From the NCBI GenBank assembly GCA_903827265.1, contig CAIKHN010000032.1, positions 1-40,949 of the forward strand: a stretch of DNA of 40,949 bases, given 5' to 3'. Shown piece after piece: positions 35,480 through 40,949 of the stretch; position 1 is the stretch's first letter; each line of letters opens with the position of its first letter. Source of the DNA: Candidatus Uhrbacteria bacterium (lineage in GTDB: Bacteria > Patescibacteriota > Patescibacteriia > UBA9934). A program made the position numbers and the translations under genes. The notes beneath the pieces were generated by a model. That model was not told the origin of the DNA and made no database searches. It saw only the letters and a program-made list of their open reading frames with translations.

Positions 35480-36832
35480 ATGATTCCTCCATTTATTCAC
35501 ATTTTGAACGGCGAACTTCCAGACACTCCTGGGGTCTATTTTTATTATGATTTGAACGATCGGCTGCTCTACATTGGAAAGGCGACGAGCTTGAAGAAAC
35601 GAGTGGGGTCGTATTTTACGAAGGCACACAACGGCCGGATTGCCGATTTGGTCGCGAATATTGCCCGCATTGATTACGTGCAAACACCGACGGTCATCGA
35701 GGCGCTTGTGCTCGAATCGAATCACATTCGAAAGAATCAACCGCCGTACAATATTTTGAGCCGCGATGATAAGAGTTTTTTGTATCTCTGTATCACCAAC
35801 GAAGATTTTCCAAAGCCAGTGCTCTTTCGTGGACTCGATCTTGAGCGCATGGGAATTCAGCCATTCACAAAAACATTATCGCCGGTCGCCAAGAAGAAAT
35901 TTCTCGCCGTGTTCGGTCCGTACATTAGCAGCCGATCGTTGCGAACTGCGCTCGATCTCGTCCGCCGATCGATCCCGTGGAGTACGTGTGAGTATCAAGA
36001 GGGAGGTCGCCCGTGCTTCGATGCGCAGATCGGCCGATGTCCTGGCGTGTGTATTGGAGCGATCTCGAAAAAGGACTATCGAAAAATTATCCGACAGCTC
36101 ATCCAATTCTTTGAAGGCAAGAAAACGTCGATCGTGAAGCAGATGATGAAGGAAATGAAGCGCGCTGCACTCGCAAAAGATTTCGAACTTGCCGCTGGTT
36201 TGCGAAACAAAATCAACGCCCTCGAGCACGTGAACGACGTTGCGCTTATTACGAGAGAGGATGACTGGAGCGTTCAGAGTGAAGTCTCTCCCCCAGCTAT
36301 GGGGGAGTCGGAGGGGGCCTTCATCAACGTCCTTGGTCGCGTCGAAGCCTACGACATCGCGAATATCTCTGGAACCTCAAATGTTGCGAGCATGGTCGTT
36401 TTCGAGAATGGCCAGCCGAACAAGGCGGCGTATCGCAAATTCAAGATTAAAAGTTTTGATGGCGCGAACGATGTTGCGGCGATGGAAGAGGTGTTGCGCC
36501 GTCGGTTGAATCGCATCACCACGTCGCCAACCACGTGGCCCGCACCAGACATTATGGTGATCGATGGCGGAGAAGGGCAGGTGAATCGGGTAAAAGAGGT
36601 GCTTGCCGATCTTGGATTCGCTATTCCGATCATCGGCATCGCGAAGGGATTCGATCGCAAGCAAGATCGGCTTGTGTACGACGAATCCAATCCCGAACTT
36701 CGCCGCATCGCAGAATCGAGTAAAGAAATCTTGCAACGTGCCCGCGACGAAGCACATCGGTTCGCTGGTGCGTATCATCGAGTGTTGCGATCGAGAAATT
36801 CAGGAATTCCGAAAAGAAACACAAAGAGATAA
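35480..36832 (+). CDS. uvrC: UvrC-like excinuclease subunit C (short form, no C-terminal HhH domain)
   Basis: GIY-YIG domain (PGVY...LYIGKA), Cys cluster, UVR motif (FELAAGLRN), and EAYDIANISG, IDGGEGQ, RDEAHRFA. Confidence 0.9.
   Translation: MIPPFIHILNGELPDTPGVYFYYDLNDRLLYIGKATSLKKRVGSYFTKAHNGRIADLVANIARIDYVQTPTVIEALVLESNHIRKNQPPYNILSRDDKSFLYLCITNEDFPKPVLFRGLDLERMGIQPFTKTLSPVAKKKFLAVFGPYISSRSLRTALDLVRRSIPWSTCEYQEGGRPCFDAQIGRCPGVCIGAISKKDYRKIIRQLIQFFEGKKTSIVKQMMKEMKRAALAKDFELAAGLRNKINALEHVNDVALITREDDWSVQSEVSPPAMGESEGAFINVLGRVEAYDIANISGTSNVASMVVFENGQPNKAAYRKFKIKSFDGANDVAAMEEVLRRRLNRITTSPTTWPAPDIMVIDGGEGQVNRVKEVLADLGFAIPIIGIAKGFDRKQDRLVYDESNPELRRIAESSKEILQRARDEAHRFAGAYHRVLRSRNSGIPKRNTKR
36288..36317 (+). 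repeat. REP-like palindrome, in-frame copy inside uvrC
   Basis: CTCCCCC-AGCTAT-GGGGGAG-TC-GGAGGGGG. Confidence 0.7.
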
Positions 36833-36837
36833 ATTCG

Positions 36838-36890
36838 AAAGCCCCCGGTGCTCCGACTGCGACGTATCGCAGGAGCACGCTGGGGGCTTT
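36838..36890. terminator. Long bulged bidirectional hairpin between convergent genes
   Basis: AAAGCCCCC..GTGCTC..CTGCGA-cgta-TCGCAG-GAGCAC..GGGGGCTTT. Confidence 0.7.
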
Positions 36891-36900
36891 TCGTTCGTGG

Positions 36901-37290
36901 TCAGTTGCCGTCGGGCTGGGAGCTGGCGTCTTCGTCCAAGCATTCATCGACCGCCTCGTCTGGCGTTTTGGCGTAGCCTTGCAGGTAGCGACGGTTGGTG
37001 CAGGCTCGAATGTCGATGCCCATCTCGTGCCACATGGCCATGTTGTCCTTGCGCCATGCGGCGAAGGTGGTTTTGCGCTCGAAGAGATCGTTTGGCTCGA
37101 TGACCGCGCTATCGGTTTGGCTGGCGGTATCGGGCGTCTTGATTTCGTTGAGCTTCGTAATCGGCTTGGCGGCCGTTACGAGCGGAACCACTTCGTGTGA
37201 TGGCTCGAAGAGCGTGACGATGCCGAGGAACACGATCCCGACAGTAGCGAGAAAAAACAATGCGTTGCGGAGTGAGGAGAACGGGATCAA
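36901..37290 (-). CDS. Hypothetical membrane-anchored protein
   Basis: TM segment ALFFLATVGIVFLGIV and two Cys. TTG start 5 nt after GGAG; promoter TTGTGG-N17-TATCGT at 37356-37384. Confidence 0.65.
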   Translation of the reverse strand: MIPFSSLRNALFFLATVGIVFLGIVTLFEPSHEVVPLVTAAKPITKLNEIKTPDTASQTDSAVIEPNDLFERKTTFAAWRKDNMAMWHEMGIDIRACTNRRYLQGYAKTPDEAVDECLDEDASSQPDGN

Positions 37291-37418
37291 GGGGACTCCG
37301 GGGAACAAGGTTGGAGCGTGATTCGTGAGGACACGAATCGGGAGGAACGGAATCTACGATACCAGAAGTGGCGGTTATCCACAAGTTTTAGCCAAATTTC
37401 GTGAACTGGAGTGCCGAA

Positions 37419-37452
37419 GTGGTGTAAAGTGGGGCCATGAGGAGATAAGTGG
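37419..37452 (+). promoter_or_regulatory. MraZ operator (GTGG repeats, 10-bp period)
   Basis: GTGG at 37419, 37429 and 37449, and GAGG at 37439, directly upstream of mraZ. Confidence 0.8.
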
Positions 37453-37487
37453 GGAATCTCCCACCCGAACTCATAAAAAACCGCGTC

Positions 37488-37919
37488 ATGTTCCTTGGCC
37501 AATACAACCATACTATCGACGACAAAGGACGGCTCGCCGTTCCAATGAAGTTTCGAGAAGCACTCGCGTATGGCGCGGTGGTGACGCGAGGCTTGGACTC
37601 TTCATTATTCCTGCTGCCCTTGGAGGAGTGGGGCAAATTAGCAACATCGCTTGCGAATTTACCCTTAGGGCAGGCTAACGCACGTGCATTCGCCAGGCTC
37701 ATGCTTGCTGGGGCAATGGACGTGGTGTTGGACAAGCAGGGGCGGTGTGTCGTTCCGGAGTATTTGCGACAGTATGCAGGTCTCCGGAAAGACGTGGTGA
37801 TTGTAGGAGTGAATACGCGCCTCGAAATTTGGGACGCGGAAAAGTGGCAGACGTATGTGACGTCGATGGAGAAGGACGCGGAAACTATTGCAGAGAACCT
37901 CAGTTCTATGGGACTTTAG
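37488..37919 (+). CDS. mraZ: Division/cell wall cluster transcriptional regulator MraZ
   Basis: MFLGQYNHTIDDKGRLAVP...LDKQGR...RLEIWD; 143 aa from ATG 37488. Confidence 0.97.
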   Translation: MFLGQYNHTIDDKGRLAVPMKFREALAYGAVVTRGLDSSLFLLPLEEWGKLATSLANLPLGQANARAFARLMLAGAMDVVLDKQGRCVVPEYLRQYAGLRKDVVIVGVNTRLEIWDAEKWQTYVTSMEKDAETIAENLSSMGL

Positions 37920-37925
37920 CGCCCT

Positions 37926-38798
37926 ATGACCTCCGATTCCGCAAAAGTTCACATTCCCGTTCTTGCTCGCGAAGTGCTCGATGGCCTGGCATTGAAGCCT
38001 GGAAGTCGAGTTCTCGATGGCACTATCGGCCTTGGTGGACACGCAAAACTCATGCTTGCGGTAACGTCGCCAGACGGAGAGTTGGTCGGGTTCGATCGCG
38101 ATGATCGTAATCTCGCGGTTGCGAGCGAGCGATGCGCGGAGTTCGGTGATCGTGTGACGTTCATTCATGATTCGTTCGGGTCGATTAGGACGCGTGATTT
38201 TGGGACGTTCGATGGTATGCTCTTCGACCTCGGATTTTCTTCGGTACACGTTGACGACGCATCGCGTGGGTTTTCCTTTATGAAGGACGGGCCGCTCGAC
38301 ATGCGCTACGACACGCGCCAAGAACTTTCGGCCGAAACCATTGTGAATACATGGTCATTCGATGATCTCGTCACTATTCTCCGCCGTTTTGGCGAAGAAC
38401 CGCGAAGCGCGATTATTGCAAAAGCCATTGTCGACGCTCGACGTCAGATGCGAATCGATACGACGTATCAGCTCGCAGAAATCGTCGCAAGTGTGGTGCA
38501 TCGGACTGGAAAAATTCACCCTGCAACGAAAACATTTCAAGCGTTGCGCATTGTGGTGAATGATGAACTTGGAGAAGTTGAACGGGGATTACTCGCAGCG
38601 ATCGCCGCACTCAAGAGCGGTGGACGATGCGCGGTAATTACTTTCCACTCGCTCGAAGATCGTCTGGTAAAAAATCTTTTTAAAACTCAGGTTGGCCTGA
38701 AGCCAATAACCAAGAAGCCGATTATTGCCACAGAAGCCGAGATGAAAGAAAATCCGCGGTCACGAAGTGCAAAGTTACGTATCGTCGAAAAAATTTAA
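37926..38798 (+). CDS. rsmH: 16S rRNA m4C1402 methyltransferase
   Basis: HIPVL, DGTIGLGGH, DLGFSS, GPLDMR, ITFHSLEDRLVK and NPRSRSAKLR. Confidence 0.97.
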   Translation: MTSDSAKVHIPVLAREVLDGLALKPGSRVLDGTIGLGGHAKLMLAVTSPDGELVGFDRDDRNLAVASERCAEFGDRVTFIHDSFGSIRTRDFGTFDGMLFDLGFSSVHVDDASRGFSFMKDGPLDMRYDTRQELSAETIVNTWSFDDLVTILRRFGEEPRSAIIAKAIVDARRQMRIDTTYQLAEIVASVVHRTGKIHPATKTFQALRIVVNDELGEVERGLLAAIAALKSGGRCAVITFHSLEDRLVKNLFKTQVGLKPITKKPIIATEAEMKENPRSRSAKLRIVEKI

Positions 38799-38806
38799 CG
38801 AATTGT

Positions 38807-39130
38807 ATGGAGGTACAAGGAGGGAAAAATATTTTCATTCGAGCGTTCAAAAATCCTCGCGTGATGAGCGCGCTGAGTGTTGGATGCATGCTGACGTTTG
38901 GTGTGCTCTATGTTGGCCAAGTGAATAGCGCGGCAACAAAGGGCTACGCCGTTCGCGAGCTGCAAGAGCAGAATGTGGAGCTTCGACACGAGCGTGATCG
39001 CCTTGACATGCAGATTGCAAAATTGCGGTCGCTCGATAGTGTGACGGCGCGCGAATCGTTTCTTGGTTTAAAAAAACTTGCACCATCAACATTTGTAAAG
39101 ACTGGTACTGATGTAGTGGCCGTGCGGTAA
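38807..39130 (+). CDS. ftsL: FtsL-like cell division protein
   Basis: TM segment plus leucine-zipper coiled coil, in the canonical position after rsmH. Confidence 0.7.
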   Translation: MEVQGGKNIFIRAFKNPRVMSALSVGCMLTFGVLYVGQVNSAATKGYAVRELQEQNVELRHERDRLDMQIAKLRSLDSVTARESFLGLKKLAPSTFVKTGTDVVAVR

Positions 39131-39154
39131 GTTGCGTGGTATCATGCCGTTATT

Positions 39155-40756
39155 ATGACGGCCGAAAATTCGGGAAATGCGCGGCGTCCACGTCCGGTTG
39201 TTCTTTGTATTTTAGATGGTTTTGGTATTGCGCCGGACGACGACGGAAATGCCATTACTCGTGCAAATACTCCTACGTTTCACATGATGACGTCGCGATA
39301 CCCGTCGATGACGCTTCGGGCATCAAGCGAAGAAGTTGGTTTGAATTGGGGAGAGATGGGAAATAGTGAAGTTGGTCACTTAGCGATTGGTGCAGGTCGC
39401 GTGTATTACCAAACATTGCCACGGTTAACAAAATCTATCGCGAGCGGCGAATTCATGAAGAACTCCGCTCTTGTTGGCGCGCTCGATAAAGTAAAAACAA
39501 CAGGCGGGGTTTTGCATCTCATGGGAATTTTATCGTCAGGGAAGGTTCATGGATTCGACGAACATTGTTTTGCGTTGCTTCGCATGGCAAAGGAGTACGG
39601 CGTGAAACGTGTTGCAGTGCACGCGGTGCTCGACGGTCGCGATACGCTCTATAATTCGGGTCTTGATTTCGTCAAAAATGCGATCGCACAAATGAAGGAA
39701 ATTGGTATTGGTGAACTGGCAACGATGAGCGGAAGGTTTTATACGATGGATCGCGATAACCGTTGGGATAGAGTGGAGAAGGCATATAACGCCATGGCGC
39801 TTGGAAAGGCAGAGGTGATGGTTGAAGATCCTATTGAAGCAATCGAACTGTCGTATTCTCGGGAAGTATATGACGAAGAGTTCGTGCCGACGGTGCTGAC
39901 GAAGAAAGGTAAGCCTGTTGCAACGGTCGGTGCCGATGACGCGGTGATTTGTTGGAACTTCCGTCCGGATCGATCGCGGGAAATTACCAAGGCATTTGTC
40001 ATTCCTGCGTTTGAGAAGTTTCAGCGTGAGTACATTAAAGGACTCATGTTCGTTACCATGACCGAGTATGAGGAAGGGCTGCCGGTCCATGTGGCATTCG
40101 CGCCAGAAAAGATTTCCAATTCTTTGGCGGAGGTACTTTCGAACGCCGGATTGGTACAGCTGCACGTTGCTGAAACAGAAAAATATGCACACGTCACGTT
40201 CTTTTTAAACGGGACGCGAGAGGAGCCGTTCCCACATGAGGACCGCGTACTTATTCCGTCCCCACATGTTGCAAGCTACGCTGAGCAGCCCGCAATGTCG
40301 GCTGTTGCAATCGCCGACCGCATTGTCCAGGAAATTGCTCGTGGAAATTACGACGCCATTTTGTGTAACTTTGCGAATGCCGACATGGTTGGGCATACCG
40401 GAAACGTTCAGGCGACTATTGCTGCTATTGAAACGATCGACGCGTGTCTTTCGCGAATTATCGACGCGGTTCTTGCGGCCGATGGTGCACTTCTCGTGAC
40501 CGCTGACCACGGGAATGCTGAAGAGGTTTTGAATGTTCAAACACACGACATCGACAAAGAGCACAGCACGAATCCGGTTCCGTTGTGGTTGATTGGAAAA
40601 CAATTTGAGGGGAAGACGTCAATTGCCGGCGACGTTCCCAACGGTGATCTTTCGTTGATGCCACCATGCGGAATGCTCGCAGACGTTGCGCCAACAATGC
40701 TCGCAATTTTGGGAATCCCCCAGCCGCCAGAGATGACAGGTACGGCGTTGATTTAA
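39155..40756 (+). CDS. gpmI: 2,3-bisphosphoglycerate-independent phosphoglycerate mutase
   Basis: ILDGFG, MGNSEVGH, LDGRDT, MDRDNRW, AETEKYAHVTFF, DMVGHTG and TADHGNAE. Confidence 0.98.
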   Translation: MTAENSGNARRPRPVVLCILDGFGIAPDDDGNAITRANTPTFHMMTSRYPSMTLRASSEEVGLNWGEMGNSEVGHLAIGAGRVYYQTLPRLTKSIASGEFMKNSALVGALDKVKTTGGVLHLMGILSSGKVHGFDEHCFALLRMAKEYGVKRVAVHAVLDGRDTLYNSGLDFVKNAIAQMKEIGIGELATMSGRFYTMDRDNRWDRVEKAYNAMALGKAEVMVEDPIEAIELSYSREVYDEEFVPTVLTKKGKPVATVGADDAVICWNFRPDRSREITKAFVIPAFEKFQREYIKGLMFVTMTEYEEGLPVHVAFAPEKISNSLAEVLSNAGLVQLHVAETEKYAHVTFFLNGTREEPFPHEDRVLIPSPHVASYAEQPAMSAVAIADRIVQEIARGNYDAILCNFANADMVGHTGNVQATIAAIETIDACLSRIIDAVLAADGALLVTADHGNAEEVLNVQTHDIDKEHSTNPVPLWLIGKQFEGKTSIAGDVPNGDLSLMPPCGMLADVAPTMLAILGIPQPPEMTGTALI

Positions 40757-40795
40757 ATACGCATCCATAGACAGGTTAGAGGGAGGTGAACGGCT

Positions 40796-40949
40796 ATGAA
40801 CCCAATTGAAACCCTCCAAAAACTCTCCCTTCTCTATCCCGATACCGGTGCGCTTCATGTTGGCACGCCGTATCACATGATTGTGATGGTGGCGCTGTCA
40901 GCGCGAACGAGGGACGAACAAATTTTGAAACTTGCGCCGGGATTTTTTA
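40796..40949 (+). CDS. nth: Partial endonuclease III (HhH-GPD glycosylase), 3'-truncated
   Basis: Manual translation MNPIETLQKLSLLYPDTGALHVGTPYHMIVMVALSARTRDEQILKLAPGF; GGAGGTGA upstream. Not in the ORF track. Confidence 0.75.
   Translation, partial: MNPIETLQKLSLLYPDTGALHVGTPYHMIVMVALSARTRDEQILKLAPGFF

Noticed and set aside
35164-35550. 128-aa ORF upstream of uvrC
   Set aside because: No recognisable motif, atypical composition, and it overlaps the uvrC promoter and start.
298-36890. Integron attC sites at the 3' hairpins of the GC-rich orphans
   Set aside because: I found no RYYYAAC...GTTRRRY boxes, no tandem cassette array and no integrase. The T-tracts fit terminators better.
40774-40790. 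GGTTAGAGGGAGGTGA as another copy of the REP-like tail
   Set aside because: There is no palindrome, and it is better explained as the Shine-Dalgarno sequence of nth.
1-40949. Stop-codon reassignment (TGA read as Gly or Trp, as in some CPR lineages)
   Set aside because: TGA ends murG, murE and the P-type ATPase at expected lengths, and conserved genes are uninterrupted under code 11.

Overview
This is a chromosomal backbone segment using genetic code 11. Gene content and layout suggest a Patescibacteria/CPR (Parcubacteria-like) bacterium; this is an inference. It carries a fragmented dcw set (mraY-ftsW-murG; murD-murE-ftsB; ftsEX; mraZ-rsmH-ftsL) plus pyrG, rplI, rpmA, HU, recR-ybaB-dnaB, a short uvrC, gpmI, gpsA, htrA, ctpA, a P-type ATPase and four tRNAs (Lys, Gly, Thr, Gln). 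No integrase, transposase, reverse transcriptase, CRISPR array or rRNA was recognised. The unexplained structure falls into five groups. (1) Six GC-rich orphan genes are scattered singly. Those with visible 5' ends have their own promoter, and four have a CGGAG ribosome-binding motif; all six end in a long bulged hairpin. Many backbone genes look leaderless instead. (2) Two of these orphans are paralogs 29 kb apart, and one has a C-terminus resembling a diversity-generating retroelement (DGR) variable region. (3) An intergenic structured element of about 160-180 bp occurs as two full copies and one deleted copy. (4) Smaller repeats include a 183-bp tRNA-Lys-linked duplication, a perfect 38-bp palindrome over the pyrG stop, and a REP-like palindrome inserted in frame in uvrC. 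(5) Two candidate structured RNAs lie next to tRNA genes. All calls were made by eye; no searches were run.
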